Positions 49,979-64,000 of a stretch of DNA of 64,000 nucleotides are shown one piece after another. The notes under the pieces are model-generated. The model was not told the DNA's origin and did no database searches. It was given only the letters and a program-made list of their open reading frames with translations. Made by a program: the position numbers and the translations under genes. Source of the stretch: Octopus sinensis (lineage: Eukaryota); assembly GCF_006345805.1 (NCBI RefSeq), contig NW_021832440.1, forward strand, positions 183,145 to 247,144, written 5' to 3'. Numbering within the stretch: position 1 is the stretch's first letter; every line of letters begins with the position of its first letter.

Positions 49979-51412
49979 TCATTTTGTGGATAAATCCCCA
50001 CATCTTGGCACTCCTCTGAATAACATCAACTTATTCCAACCAGAATCGTAGAGAACATCCTCAATGCTATCTTTCCCAACTAGTGACTCTATCCTAGGAA
50101 TATAAAAATCGTCAATTCCGATTTTATACTCCTCGTCAGCCAAGAATAATCTTGACGTCTTTAATAGTCCCAAAAGCTTACTTGAGAAAACGAATCTAGT
50201 TTTTTCCGAAAAGCGGAAATGAGGGGGAATTGTTTTGATTGGCAAAACTTGCCAGTGAAATCATCAAAGTCAATAGTCCAAAGAGCAGCCCCGGCAAATC
50301 TCATAGCACAAATGTACTTTGCCTTCTCTTCCAAACTCTGTTCGCTCTCTAACGAAACCCAATATTCGTTTTGTGTTGCATACGCTGCACCAAAGTGAGA
50401 ATCCCATTTGATATTCCAACGGCACACCTTTTATTAAATTAATACATCACTTCATAGTAAGCGAGAATTCCGCTCATTTTTGTATAATTCCCAATTTTTG
50501 TTGACTGCATGGCCAGGGCACCTATCTCTCCTGACGAGGAGTAGAATCGTTCATATAGTCTGGCATATAGTGCTATTCCCACCAATAATTTGTTTCTCTT
50601 TATGTTCAGAGTGAGGAGCACGTTGAACAAACTAGTCTAAAGAGGTTATACAATCAATAACAATGCAGTTTTGTGCGCCACTGCAGTTTAGTGCGTTGTG
50701 GAATTGAGTAGTGTTTTCGTGGTGATGATTTAAATCAAATCCGTCAACTATTACGTAATCCACAATTCTAAATTTAAGAAAATAAATATACTACTCAGAT
50801 AGTTTTTTTTTATTTTGTTTAAATTTGTCTCCTTTACATGGGAAATGAGAAGTGTAGACATGCTTTTCTTAGTGGCCACTCTGCTTATGTACTTCATTGA
50901 CCACAAAGGTGTACTTTTGCTAACTTAATAACCACTTCAAGACCATCCGTTGAACCAAATATATCAATTCCGTCAAAATTATGTATGTCGCACATAAAGT
51001 CGAGGGCGTTCCTAGCCAGAATCAAAAACCTTGAAGCTCCAAAAGGCATGAAATTTAGCTGAGGGATGCGAAGAGAAATCAATAACTTGACATTAAGGGA
51101 GATTTTGATAGCCAACAGCTGCTCGTACATGTTCAGTTCTACAAAATAAAGTGTTCTTAGACCTGAGGAATGAGCGTCGTCTTGTCCGATGGGAATTATC
51201 TGCAATGTAGACGGGTCGATGTCAGCAAATGCGTAAATGAGATGAGTGCAGAGATTCTTCCGAATGTCCTCAGGCATCAAACGACTCCCGGACATGCTGT
51301 ACTGTGCCCAGAAAGGGTAGTAGCACATTGTTTCTGCTCTTGATTATTAAAATTACTTGGCTTATTTTTAGACAGAGTTTGATAGAATTAATCATGATTA
51401 CAATAAGATCAT
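49979..51412 (-). CDS. GH18 chitinase-like protein, copy 2 (1-bp indels near start and in the FDGID region)
   Basis: Duplicate of 26145-28014 at 49767-51638. Same motifs; scattered substitutions; status uncertain. Confidence 0.8.
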
Positions 51413-51638
51413 TATATTATTATAAAACGTGAGTTTAAATTGTATTAATTAATTATTAATCTTAGATTAACCCGAAAAAATTCAATTTAAATAGCATTTA
51501 TACCATTTTTGAACGATATGCGATAAGTACTGGTTTAAATCGGATTTAAAAATCAAGTTAGTTTTGATCTAAAACTACTAATGATCGAGAAAACGTTGCC
51601 TTCAGGAGCGCAATAGAGATTCATTGGAAGAGCCATTG

Positions 51639-52992
51639 GGCGATATCGTGTTTTAGCGTCTTAAAATCATAAGGGACCAATTTTGATTAGAAATCGCAAA
51701 TAAATTAATATTATTATATTATTTTTTAAAATTATTATAATTATCAAATAATTATTATCTGCAACGCTTATCAGTATTTTTGAATGATGTCTCGTGGAAG
51801 GCCGTCTGCATCGACTATTATTGTTAATAATACTCAACCAACATATGATTTGTTACTATTTGAATTGAATCACCGAGATTTTGTGGAAATAACAATGACC
51901 ACGCAAGATACGGTCAATTGGTTGGCTCAATATCAGCTAATCAAAAATTCGATGAAATGCGAAAACTGCAGCACGGATTGCCGTCTTCTTTCAGACAAAT
52001 CCCGACTCGAAAATTAAAATGGAAATGTAAAACATGCAATTTCTCAAAATCGATTCGAGATGGCAGCTTTTTCTCACATAGTCATTTTGAATTGAAGGAA
52101 ATTTTGGACTATATCTATTTTGGGCACTCAATTCAGAAACGATTATCTGCAGCAAAGAAACTCGATCAGACTTTAAAAAAACATCAATTGATTGGGGCAA
52201 CTTTTTACGTGATGTATGCGTAAAGTGTGTCGAGGACCATCCTTGTTCTCTTGGTGGAATTAACCCAGAAACTATGTTGCAAATTGTCGTAGAAGTGGAT
52301 GAAACAAAATATTTTCATCGAAAATACGCAAGAGGTACCTGGCACGAAGGGCATTGGGTTGTTGGTGGAAAAGAGAGGGGCAACCCTAGGAATATTTTTC
52401 TGGTCGAAGTTCCTGATCGGAGTCGAGACACGCTGATTCCAATAATCCAAACTCATGTACAGACCGGATCGATATCTGTACGGATTATTGGCCAGCCTAC
52501 AATAGAATCGAATTGTTAGGATATTCCGATCATTTAAGAGTCAACCACAGCCGCAATTTTGTTGACCAGAACAATCGCTCCACACATACGCAGGGAATCG
52601 AGTCATTGTGGTCTCACGCCAAGAAAAAGCTAAAAAGGATGAATGGGACATCCCGTGTTCTTTTTAATTCTTATCTGGCGGAATTTGAATGGCGGTGGAG
52701 AAATGATACGTATCCCTGTGGAGGCGAGAATGCATTTATTAAAATGTTAATAACTATTAATTCTCAGTATCCTTTGTCTTAATAATTCGAGTTTTTCACT
52801 GTTTTCATGTTTTACTAAGTTACTGTAAAAATGTAGTTTTAAAAAAATTTAAATTTAGGGTTGCCACAGTATTGTACATATAAATTTAATTATAATAATT
52901 TTTAAAAAATAATATAATAACATTAATTTATTTGCGATTTCTAATCAAAATTGGTCCCTTATGATTTTAAGACGCTAAAACACGATATCGCC
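51639..52992 (+). mobile_element. Merlin (ISXO2/IS1595-like) DNA transposon, 1354 bp, frameshifted
   Basis: ~104-bp near-perfect TIRs starting GGCGATATCGTGTTTTAGCG. Motifs CENC/WKCKTC Zn ribbon, VEVDETKY, WVVGG, VNHS.NFVD and HTQGIESLW. No TSD. Confidence 0.92.
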
Positions 52993-53033
52993 GGTTATCT
53001 TCTCGCGTCACTCTAAAACCGTGGGCAGCAGAA
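52993..53033 (+). repeat. ~40-bp fragment of the SH3 gene
   Basis: ggttatcttctcgcgtcactctaaaaccgtgggcagcagaaa matches 31984-32025 with 2 mismatches. Confidence 0.8.
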
Positions 53034-53335
53034 AAATTGATTGTATTCGTTAATATTTCTGACGTAACCCTTAAACCCAGACATCACAAAGTGTGAGAAA
53101 CCACGCTGTTAAAATTAATATACTTTTGGGTAAGCCATTTTTAAAAGATAATTCAAATGTAATTTTTAATTAGAATAATTGATTAATCTACACTCTTCCA
53201 TATATAAATTGCTATATTCAATATTTAATACGTTTTCTACGGTTTCCATAAAAACACGTAAAAGTACAGGCTGCCCATAGCGACATAGTTGCCCATGTCA
53301 CATATTATATATATGCCATAACATTGCGGCCATAA

Positions 53336-54340
53336 ATGCTAGCAATATTATTCTTGCTGAACTTATCAAGTATTCTGAATTAGTCCAGTAATAATAAAAT
53401 AGAGGCAGGAGATATATGTAAAAAGGGAAAATGCTATTTTCTTTTCCCAAATGATCTCCTTTCATTTTCAGAAGCCACAAATATGTGTTTAAAGTCAAAG
53501 AAATTCCCTCTTACGATAAAAGACAGTGATGAGCTTGGCACAATTTTGGGTGAGCGTATTCAGTATATTTTAAGAATTATTAAAAATCATAAAATTTAAT
53601 TCGATCGCTATCTGGCTTGGCTATAACGACATTATGATGGAGGGCTTATTTGTAGATCATAACGGGGATTCAATGGCAATTGTTTATTATTAAAATCTTC
53701 AGACATATTCTAACTGGTACAAGACTGAGCCCAATAAACAAAATAAACGTGAAGACTGTGTAGGAATGGACATAAAAACTGGAAGATGGTTCGACTACCT
53801 CTGTTTTGCAAGACTACCTTTTATATGCCAGTACACAAAGGATACTGCAACTACCACTCTTGCTTCAAGTGGACAATAAATGTATATCTTGTAGAATTAC
53901 AAGAAAAAAAACTCCCAAACCTAAAAATTTTTTTGCAAATGACTAAAACGTTCTCTGAAAACCCGGTAAAAATGGCCACTGACGGGGATAAATCTACATG
54001 CGCCATTTCGAAAGGAAATTTTTATGCACAGATGAATTATTCGTTCAGCAAAACAGTCCTTCTTAAAAAGATTATCATATACTATGGAAATACAACACTA
54101 GGTAGTTTCAGTTTCCTCTAGTTTACAGAGCGTCCTCGTTACTTTGATATCTTTGTGGTGACTCCTGAAAAAGGCATAATACAATGCACTCGAATTACTG
54201 ATGCTAAATTGCCCCCGAATGCTAAGAACGAATTCAAATGCAAAAAAGAAACATTAACAAACAAAATTATTTTTAAAAGTTACAAATTGCAGGAAGCACT
54301 CTCATTTTGTGAACTAATAATCGAACACTCGACAAACTAA
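53336..54340 (+). pseudogene. C-type + F-type lectin, copy 2, nonsense at codon 16
   Basis: Duplicate of ~23328-24759. TAC to TAG at 53381-53383 is a substitution, not an indel. Confidence 0.8.
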
Positions 54341-54779
54341 TACATTAAATTAACAAATTTAATATATAACTCACTTTCTTATATAATTTATTTTATTTCA
54401 AAACAGGATTATACTCTTGCGCTCTGTCATTTAACTGCCTATGAGTCACATGCCGATGATTTCCACTAAACATCTCTAATGACTCTCTAATCGCGGAACG
54501 ATGCCTGTCCGGGTAGTAATCTACTCACCTCAAAATGGTTTAGTCATATCCGCTTTTTTGAGTTTTATAAAAATAGTTTCTGTCGAAATCCTGAATCTTT
54601 GAAGAGATTGTTCGACGATATCTATCCGGTCTCAGGATGGACGAGAAATCCATCTATTCACTTCACACACGAAAAAAGCCATGGCAGCTTTCCGTTTTAG
54701 ACGCTCTCCGTTTTAGACGTGCATCTGGACTCAAAAACCTTTATATTTGTCTATCATACACCTATTTTTCCAGTCTTTT

Positions 54780-54945
54780 ATTTAAACTGTAAGCGTGGTA
54801 CTTTTAAACAGTATCAGAATATCGTCTCAGAATTAGAAAGAATTCGCCGCCACACGCTGAAACTAGCATTTAAACATAGGCTGAACGATCATATTCCCGG
54901 ATGGGTAGATCGTGGGATCCCTACAGTAGAAGAGATTAAGTAATA
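54780..54945 (+). mobile_element. 3' fragment of a LINE related to the 11585-13330 family
   Basis: LERIRRHTLKLAF..IPGWV..PTVEE parallels FEKTRRLALKIAY..IPPWL..PTVGE. Confidence 0.55.
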
Positions 54946-55397
54946 TATTCAGTTTTACGTGAAACGAATTTTCAGGCGATAAGATCACAAATACAGTGCA
55001 AAAATGAACTCACTTTCTTTCGATGAGACGTATCTCAGAAAAATTTTGCTATTGAAAACGGCCGTCTTGATTATCTCTGGATTAACAATTGAAGAGATAA
55101 TTAATACATTCATACGAGTTGAGAAAACCTGCCATGAGACATCAGTGGAACCTGCTGGGCACATTGAAGTTGTATTCTGGCCCATGAGCCTGGCGGAAGG
55201 AGGAGAAGCAAAAAGAGTTGTTAAGAGGAATTTATCAAAGTCACATATCAATTTGAATATAAAAACATATTTTTTCAGACTTTCTTGGTCACTAATAAAA
55301 GGGAAATTAATTTGAATTAAGATGTATTTTATTAATAATCAAATTTAATAATTAAAATTTTCTCTTTTTGTTGCGCAATATTTTTAATATATATTTC

Positions 55398-58300
55398 ATG
55401 CAAGATCATAACAAATCTAAATTGTCAATTTCGTCTGTCTCGCAACAAAATGATCAGATTTATTCTCCAGCTCAATCAAACCAGATAACTCCAGAAGAAA
55501 GAGAAAACTGTCGAAAGTGGCTGTACTAGGCCTTTTTTATTTTATTTAGCACAAATAAATTAATTGATAATAATACAGCTTACTCTTCTGAATTAACCAA
55601 TATTGTAGCCCGTGAAGAAATGGAGATATTTGAGATATCTCTTGGCAGAGTTTGCTAAAGTGAATTAATTGGTAGGTTGATTACCGAAACCGTTTGCTCG
55701 AAGTATTGCAGAAGTTACAAAATAGTCCTGGAAGCATGATAAACCTGAGAGCCCACGTAGATGAAAAGAAGACCAAAAAAAGTAAGTGAATGCGATGAAA
55801 TTGTGAGATGTCAGCAGTGAAGACATAAGCGAGGAATTTTTGAAAGTTGTAGATATCCTGTGGGATTCCGTCCCCGATTCATTCGTTTTCCGTTACCCTG
55901 TGGATCCTGTAAAAGACATGGCTGAGGTTGATTTTTGGTCGGATTCCAGGATTATTATGACATAATAAAATCCCCAATGGATTTGTCGACACTCAAAAGC
56001 AATTTGTCTGGGAAGATGTACACTTGTCCGTGGAAATTGATTGATGATGTTAATCTCATTTTTTCAAACGCACGGAAATACAACGGATCGAAGAGTAATA
56101 TAACTCGAGCGGCAATGAGAGTAGAAAAGAGGTTACATGAGTAGTTGTCAGCAAAATTTAACGAAGTGGGAGATGAGGCGATGAATAGATTGGGCTACTG
56201 CTGTTCGAGGACTTATTTATTTAACCTTCGTGTGCTTTACTGCTGTACTTCTTTAAGTTGTCAGATTGGGGCAGATGCTGATTATTTCTCATATAAAAAG
56301 TATATATTCAAAATTTATGTAAGGGAGGAGAGGAATACGTGTGTTGTGTCAAGTGCTTTAATTCGGCCGAGGAGCAAATCACCATATCACCTGACTCGAC
56401 TCAACTCCCCAAACAAGACTTTGTCCAAGCCAAAAATAATGTAAGAGAGCCTGAGCCTTTCGTGGATTGTGTTGAGTGTGGTCGCCGTGTGCACCAAGTG
56501 TGCGTACTTTACCACGAGGAACTTTATTCTGGGGGGTTTGTGTGTCGCATGTGTATGGAGAGTGCTTTTTCACCAAAGTTTACATGCAGAAGTAAGTCTA
56601 TGTCTGATTTGTAGACCTTCCTCAAACGAGGTTGAGCGTGTATATTGAAGAGAGAATTAATACCTTTCTACGAGCGGAGAGTGGTGGGATTGATTTTGGG
56701 ACGGTCTTGGTGAGGGTCGTCTCCTCCACCATAAAAGAGTGCAGTGTGAAGCCTCTGTTCAAGTCAAAGTTCGGGGTAGACATGCCGGACGTATTTCCAT
56801 ACAGAGCAAAGACTCTTTTTGTGTTCCAGGTGCGTGGGGGAGGGAACTGGCATTCTTTGCCTTCCATACACAGGAGTACGACTCGGAGTGTCCTGAACCT
56901 AATAAGCGGTATATCTATATCTTAATTGAAGGCGTGTATACATCTCCTATCTTGACTCAGTACACTTCTTTGAGCCAAAATTCATCCGGACTCGGGTGTA
57001 TCACGAAATTCTAATTTCTTACATGGATTACGTACGTAAACTGGGGTTTGGAGTGAATTGAATGTTAGTTACGCGTGGGTGCACATCTGGGCATGCCCTC
57101 CAGGTGATAGAGACGACTACATATTCTACTGCCATCCTTTTGAGCAAAAGACTCCTACGGCTAAACGTTTGATTGAATGGTACAAAGTAATTCTTAACAA
57201 TGCGATAAACCAGAAGGCAATTCGTTCATACCAAGTAAGTTTGTTTTGCTAAGTGGTAGGACCTACACAGTTGTGCGCATGAGAACGCAATAACTTGTCC
57301 AACTCAAATCCCGTATATGGATGGAGATTTCTGGCCCGCTAGAATAGAGGAAATGATCAAAAGTGACGAGGAATGTAAAAAAGAGAAAAAAAGTAGTTTG
57401 TCGGACAAGTTGATGAACATGCTTGACAAGCAGCGAAGTGGCTTCTTTGTTATTGAATTGCATTCGAGCAGACTGAATTGTCACCTCACAACAATCGTCG
57501 ACCCTGATCCTCCGATGAAGTGTGAGCTCATCGACAGTCGCGATTCTTTCCTTACCTTTTGTCGAGATAAAAACTACGAGTTCTCCACCAAAAGAAGAGC
57601 CTTTTATTCTACTCAATCCATTGTAGTTGAGTTGTGTCTCCATCACTTGATGTTTCACTGCAACAATTGCCAAAAGGAGATTGTACATGAAAGACATCAC
57701 TGTAATCAATGCAGCGACTTTGACTTGTGCCAAATTTGTGCAGAAAATAATTCGCATCCTCATCCTTTAGTCAGAATTGGCCTCGATAAAGCAGACACCT
57801 CCACCATAATTACAGATGCAGCAATAGAAAAGTGGAAGGGTAAAGTGGGACACACTGTTTTCTGCCACGACTCAAAATGTGGACGGCCTCTCTGTTCTCA
57901 GTATCGAGAATGTCTACTTCCACATTATATGAATAACATGTGTCCTCATCGTCAGACATGCAAACTTTGTAGAATTATTATTCGAATTATGAGACACATA
58001 TTTTGGACTGCACTAACCAGCATTGTGGAGCTAAATTGTGTAATTTGTTCAAAAGACGCTTAAAAAGTATGCAAGCACGGAAACATGCAAGAGAACAAGA
58101 TCAACTTTTGAGAAGAATGAACACTATGAAAATTGCCAATGGAGATAAACAACTTCTGAAAACTAATCAGCCAATTACGCGCACACAAAATCCCTTAATG
58201 CCTAACTCTCCTTTCCTAATTCCTCAGCCCAAACGTCCTCTTCTCATTCAAACCAATTCTGCAGTACGCTTGTCTCCTATTAATTCACCCCTCCCAGACT

Positions 58301-58437
58301 TGAGTATCAAGAATAAGTTACGAAACGGTCGATTTTCTGATTTTTCCGAATTGGAGCAGCGACTCAACTGTGAGCCCGATGCTGCTGAGAAGGAATGGAC
58401 GGATAGTCAAATCATTCGCTTCTATCAACCAGATTGA
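55398..58437 (+). CDS. CREBBP: p300/CBP, miniaturised, copy B (different 1-bp indels from copy A)
   Basis: Same domains as 39272-42312; frameshifts at ~56330, ~56838 and ~57988 where copy A is in frame. Confidence 0.95.
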
Positions 58438-61019
58438 TTATTTTTTGTTTTAAATACATTTTATTCTTAATTCAATAATTTTGATGTTATATCATAACCT
58501 TTTGTAACATATCTGAAAATTCTTTTCCCGTCGAATCTACTTTTTTGTTAATTTAATATTTAATCAACGCAATCTTGATTTTTATACTTTTCGATTTTCA
58601 TAGTATAGCTTTATTTAAAAATCATTCTCTCTAAAGTGTTTTAAAATGTTGTCACCACTCTATCGCATGTAAATAAAATAGGGATTACCCCGACATTTGT
58701 GTTCTGAACCTTCCAGTGCACTAAAAATTACCTCTGGATGTTATGATTTTCACTTAGATTGCTTTCAGTTCATTTGACATTAATTTTATGAAATGATCGG
58801 ATGAAATTGTTTCCATAGGTCAGCCACCTCCAAGATTCATTAACATCAATTTAAGTATTCATAGACATTGGACCAAAATAGAGTGCAGATGCTTTATTTT
58901 TTAGTAAATATTCACGTTGGATTTTTATCAAATTCAATATTGTCAATTTACTTAAATTTCAAGTATTTTATTTTCAAGATAAGAATACTGAGAAATCTTC
59001 CTTTGTTTGCCGGTTGAAATTGGATATGACTGTCCATAAGTATTTGACAGATATTCTAATCACTTTTTCGAATTCTCAGAGCTCAATACCGGGTGAAAGT
59101 TGAATGTTTGAGGATAACTCTCTTAAAGAAAGTTGAATGTAATAGTTTTGATTTAATAACTACTTAATACGGTTTATATACAATTTAGTGTAAACTTTCA
59201 AATGGTACTTGAAAGTGAGAAATCTTGCAATCGTAGATTTTCTACTTTCAAGACCAGCAAGATTCCCACTTTTCTTGAGCAAAACTGGATTTCTAAATAT
59301 ACAAATACCTACAGAACAGTCATTGCTTGCTCTCGTGTCTATTAATTGCGGTCAATGATTATTGTTTTTTACCGCCGCGGGAATTGAGCCTCGAAGAGCC
59401 TAAGATCGTTTTGAGATCAAAAAACCTTCATGGCTCCTCTGAATTAGTCCCAAACGGATCATTTTCAAGAACTCTTGTCTTTAAAAAGTCGAATAAACCG
59501 AAATTATCTGACATCACAGCAATTTTTTTATAATCAAATTAGTAATAACATTAAGTAATTAGTCAACTTTACGACATTGTCAGGAGGGCTCTAAAGTTGG
59601 CTGGTTTCCCTTGAATACCTGTGTATTTCAGACTCTTTTGAGTTTGCTCCTCTTGCCTTTGAAACCTCAAGAATCTTCGGCAAGGCCGCGACTCAACTCC
59701 TCACTGACATTGTTAGGAGGATATCCTCGATAACAAACGACCGGAGGGAGACGAGCTGGCTCTTTCAGCGAATCTTGGTTGCTGTGCTCTGCGGAAACTG
59801 CCATTCAATACAAAATGGGGTGTCGTTGATCTGACCCTTAGGCTTTTGACTGTTCTTTGAGTTACTTATTTTTTCTGTTCTCATTATCATCTACAAAAAA
59901 AGCTAGAAAGTTCACTACACAAGTTATTCAAAAATTATAGTCCAATTTTACAAACATTTATTCCAGGCATTCCGATCGTCACGGCACCCGCCTTCAATTT
60001 CAACACCTGGTCAACTACATGATCTCTCTCCAATCACAATGAACCGTAAAGATAAACTGTGGACAACCCAGGCTATACAAAGTGAAGAAGGGAATATATT
60101 GTCGTCTAGGTAGACAGATCTATTGATAGGGATGCACTCCGAGGGGTGTAATGTCACCCTGGAATTATTTATTCCACAGTTGAAGATTGGAACAGAAGTC
60201 CGACCCGTACTGAAATCAGATCCGCCATACTATACCTTAGTGTTAATCTCAACATTAAATCTCATTTCGTGAGAGTTTCGGATGTTTCAGTTACTGATGT
60301 TGCTGGAAGATACAAGACAGGGGACACGAAAATAGACCTCCTTGACAATGATAAGCAAATAACAGTCAATCATAAAAGACTCCTCCAATACAAAACGTGT
60401 TTAAATCTTGATCAAAATGACCCCAAAGCGAACCCATTACCGGAAATCTATCCAAAGAAAATATAGGAAAAAAGGTGCCACGTTTCAAAGCTTGAAGAGA
60501 AATTGATTGAATGGATGGAGGAAATGAAGTCGAAAGTTACATTCCAAAAAAGAAAGGAAACATTTTTGCGGATAGTTACAACTATGTAATTTCAAAAATT
60601 CTAATGGATTCTTGAAGATGTTTTGAGAATTGAGTATACGGAAAATCAAACATTTATTGTCATCATTCAGACTTACCGGGACGCCAGATCGGTCAGGTCA
60701 ATTATCTAAATACAAAACAAATACTTTTCCTACAAAAAGTTCTAAAAACTTAAAAAGATTTGATTCTATGGTCTCAGTTTGCCGATTTTCGATCGGCTTT
60801 ACAAGATGACGTGAAACCGTACCGAGCAAAAATTTGTAATTTATTTTAGTTAAAATGCATTATTCTTTCAAATTAAAGATTTATTCAGGGGTTATAGCAC
60901 AGCCGAACGGATTGCTTGCGCGTTTATTTTAGTTATTGATTATAACACCCACCCTATCTATTGGAATTATATAGCAAAATGTGCGTGCTATACTCGAGAA
61001 ATACTGTATTGTGAAAAAA

Positions 61020-61137
61020 TTGTACGACACTGATTGTTCCCAGGCGGTCACCCAGCCAAGTACTAGAACAGCCTGTAATCGCTTAACTGCCGTGTTCGGA
61101 TGGGAACGGGTATTTACGACTAAGTATGATCGTACAG
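61020..61137 (-). rRNA. 5S: 5S rRNA gene, copy B
   Basis: Appears identical to 44893-45010, with the T6 terminator. Confidence 0.9.
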
Positions 61138-61156
61138 TTTTTCGATAATGATATCC

Positions 61157-62252
61157 TTTTTAAATAAATCTATATTCATATACATCCGAAAACTGAAAGA
61201 AAGAAAATATTGATAGAGGAAGAAATTTTGATTTTAGTAGAACTATCATCAAATAATACCCCTCATAAAAGTGCCAAAACTCTTAGCATCGAAATTAAAA
61301 CTATGTTCAAACAAAAATTTCAACAAGAATAGTGTCTCGAGTTTTAAATAAGAAAGGATTATATGGCCGAGCTGCTAAAAGAAAACCTCTTTTATCCACA
61401 AAAAATATAATTTTAAGACGTGAAATTACGAAATCATTTTTAAGCATTTCCGACGAGACATGGAAGTCGGTAATTTTTACTGATGAATGGTCTTTTGATA
61501 TTTTTAATATCAATAAGCATCAAATAGTGTATAGAGAAAATGGTTCTGCATACAAAAAATGCAATATTATCCCAACTGTAAAATTCGGTGGTGGAAAAGT
61601 AATGGTCTGGGGCAGTTTCTAGTATAACGGAGTCGGTAATCTTGTTTTTATTGATGAAATTCTTAATGGCGCAAAATATATTAATATTTTATCTAATAAT
61701 ATATTCGAATGTGCCAAAAAATTCGGGATAGACTCATTTATTTTACAACAGGATAATGCACCTTGCCATAAATATAAAATGATACAAGATTATATTAAAG
61801 AAAAAAACATTATTTTACTTCAATGGCCTGCTCGATCACCGGATCTAAACCCGATAGAACATCTATGGACAGAAATGAAGAGAGAATTATCAAAAAATGT
61901 AGTCAAAAACAAAAATGAACTAAAGGACAAATTAACAGAAATATGGAATAATATATCACCAGAATTATTGAAAAAACTAGTAATGTCTATGAAAAATAGA
62001 TGTTATAAAATTTTCAGTGCAAATGGTGGACATATTAACTACTAAATGACTTGTTTTTATTTTTGTCCGGTTTTACATGTCTTAAGTAAATTGAAATTCT
62101 GCTTTAAATATTAGTTCTATAATAGTATAATTAATAATTATTACACAATGATTATTATTAAGTAAAAATATTAAGCTTAAGTTTTTGATTTTTCATATTT
62201 AATTAATAAAATCATCAAAAATAGCTTGTCCGGTTTTCAGTGACGAGGGGTG
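61157..62252 (+). mobile_element. Tc1-family transposon, 5' truncated, copy B
   Basis: Duplicate of 45030-46125. Confidence 0.85.
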
Positions 62253-63748
62253 TATATTAATATCTGGTATTCTTTTCAACTCCTTTTCTATCAATTATAT
62301 TTTCATAAATTTCAAATAAATATGATTAAAATTACACTTTAATTGAATAAATGTTAAATTTAACATGGCTAAAGATGATTGGGCTATCAAGAAATATAAT
62401 TTTTTTCTACAATAATGTACGAATGACTATCTTTTGGTAGCTTGTTTTTTCTTTGAAATGATTGATTAGCATCATTTTAATAAAATTGGTTAATCAAGAT
62501 AGGAGTAAATTGACTAAACTAATAACTCTTATTGTTTCCTGTGCTGCGCAAGCTTTTTCATGATCCATGCCATCGAAAAAGTGCATTTATAATAGTACTA
62601 AAATTATTACGTCGGTGAGGAAAGACCATTCTTTGGACTTAAAACAACAAGTTACAAAGGCCTCCCAAAGGGTACAAGTATAGAGAAATTTAGAAATTGT
62701 AACGGTTTTTTATCAACAGGCGTCGGTGAACTATTTTTGATAAATAAAAAAATAAATTTGCTCAAATATTGCGAAATCCTAGAAAAATATCTGTTACATT
62801 GAGCTACTAAATTGAATTTAACACACAACTGGAGATTCAAACATGACAACGATTCAAAACACAAGTAAAAATGACTGCTGAATGGTAAATGTATTAGAAT
62901 GACCAAGTCTATCGCCAGATTTCATTCCAATCAAACATTTGTTTGATACTCTCGCCGCTGCTAAATTTTTCTCTTCATATTAATACTCTAATTGAAACTC
63001 TCATAATTTTTATACTTAGTATTTGATAGCACACCGCATAGGTTATTGTCGAAATCGGGTCTATTAAGTTATGTGGGTGTTCATTGATATACTTAACTAA
63101 CACACGACTACTTAACTGGATATACTTAACTGGATGTCTTCCAATTTCTATTCATTTCCATTCTTTCTAGTTTCATTTATGATATTATTACTAATTAGCT
63201 CATCCTTACAAAAGTTAACAATTACTGTAAATAAAAATATCCTTTCAAGGTATTTCCTAAAACATATCAAAAATCTTTTCAACAGTCCTGGTTTATATCC
63301 AATAAGAAACTTGTCTCTAAAAAATCGTACATCTCAAGTGATTTATATTTATAAGACAATAAAATGATCTTACAAAAATAGTGAAAAGTTCCCAAGTTTA
63401 AGGGAGAATTTTTAAGGTCAATTTTTTTCTGCAGAAGTCTTCCAATTAAATTATTAAACAGTCTAAAATTTTTGTGAAATGATAATGTAAATTTATTAAG
63501 TTTCGCGTAAATGAAAACTAAATATGCAATTCTCTATAACAAAAGATTGGTTTCCTAATTTGTACGTGTGTGGACTCTTTCTCGCCTCAGAACGTTCTGA
63601 TGTCCGCATCCGCCCATGGTTCTATTGCCACAACCTCGGAATGCAAAAAGATGCGGAAGTACTCCTTACTTATGGAAAAGTTCCAATTCCTCCCATTCGC
63701 AGTTGAGACTTCCGGTTCCTTGGGCGGTAAGGCAATCAGCTTCGTTCA

Positions 63749-63862
<114 letters not shown>

Positions 63863-64000
63863 TCAACATCAGTGAACCCGTCAATTTTAATGGCAAAACC
63901 ATAAGAATTATGTAATCTAATCAGTAACTGCGTTTCGATATTTTGTGAAAGTTCCCGAATTCGCCTTGAAATAGTTTTATTTTTTATTTTTTTCGCCGAA

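Overview
This is AT-rich eukaryotic DNA, almost certainly animal (p300/CBP with ZZ and TAZ2, a C-type lectin, an SLC16-type transporter). Every host gene I could rebuild is split by extremely small spliceosomal introns of about 20-35 nt, many 23-30 nt. That points, by inference only, to a genome-reduced metazoan parasite such as a myxozoan or dicyemid. Host genes: MFS/monocarboxylate transporter, RER1, an orphan multi-exon gene, an SH3-domain 3' end plus inositol-polyphosphate kinase (2 copies), SURF4, a secreted C-type plus F-type lectin (2 copies), a secreted GH18 chitinase-like protein lacking its catalytic residues (2 copies), TAF13, a miniaturised p300/CBP acetyltransferase (2 copies) and dispersed 5S rRNA (2 full copies, 1 fragment). 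The rest is a dense TE graveyard: RLE- and CRE-type non-LTR elements, Jockey/RTE-like LINEs, Tc1, Tigger/pogo, hAT, Merlin (ISXO2-type), Helitron and integrase/LTR relics. Four segments are duplicated within the window; the largest is ~9 kb (38910-47872 vs 55027-64000). Many 1-bp frameshifts differ between near-identical copies and are probably sequencing/consensus errors, so pseudogene calls based on indels alone are provisional. I found no clear-cut new multi-gene system. The strongest leads are (i) a p300/CBP lacking most of the autoinhibitory loop and TAZ1, (ii) micro-introns including two apparently non-AG acceptors, and (iii) a transposon-shuffled cluster of secreted carbohydrate-binding genes. 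All calls come from manual motif recognition; no database searches were run.
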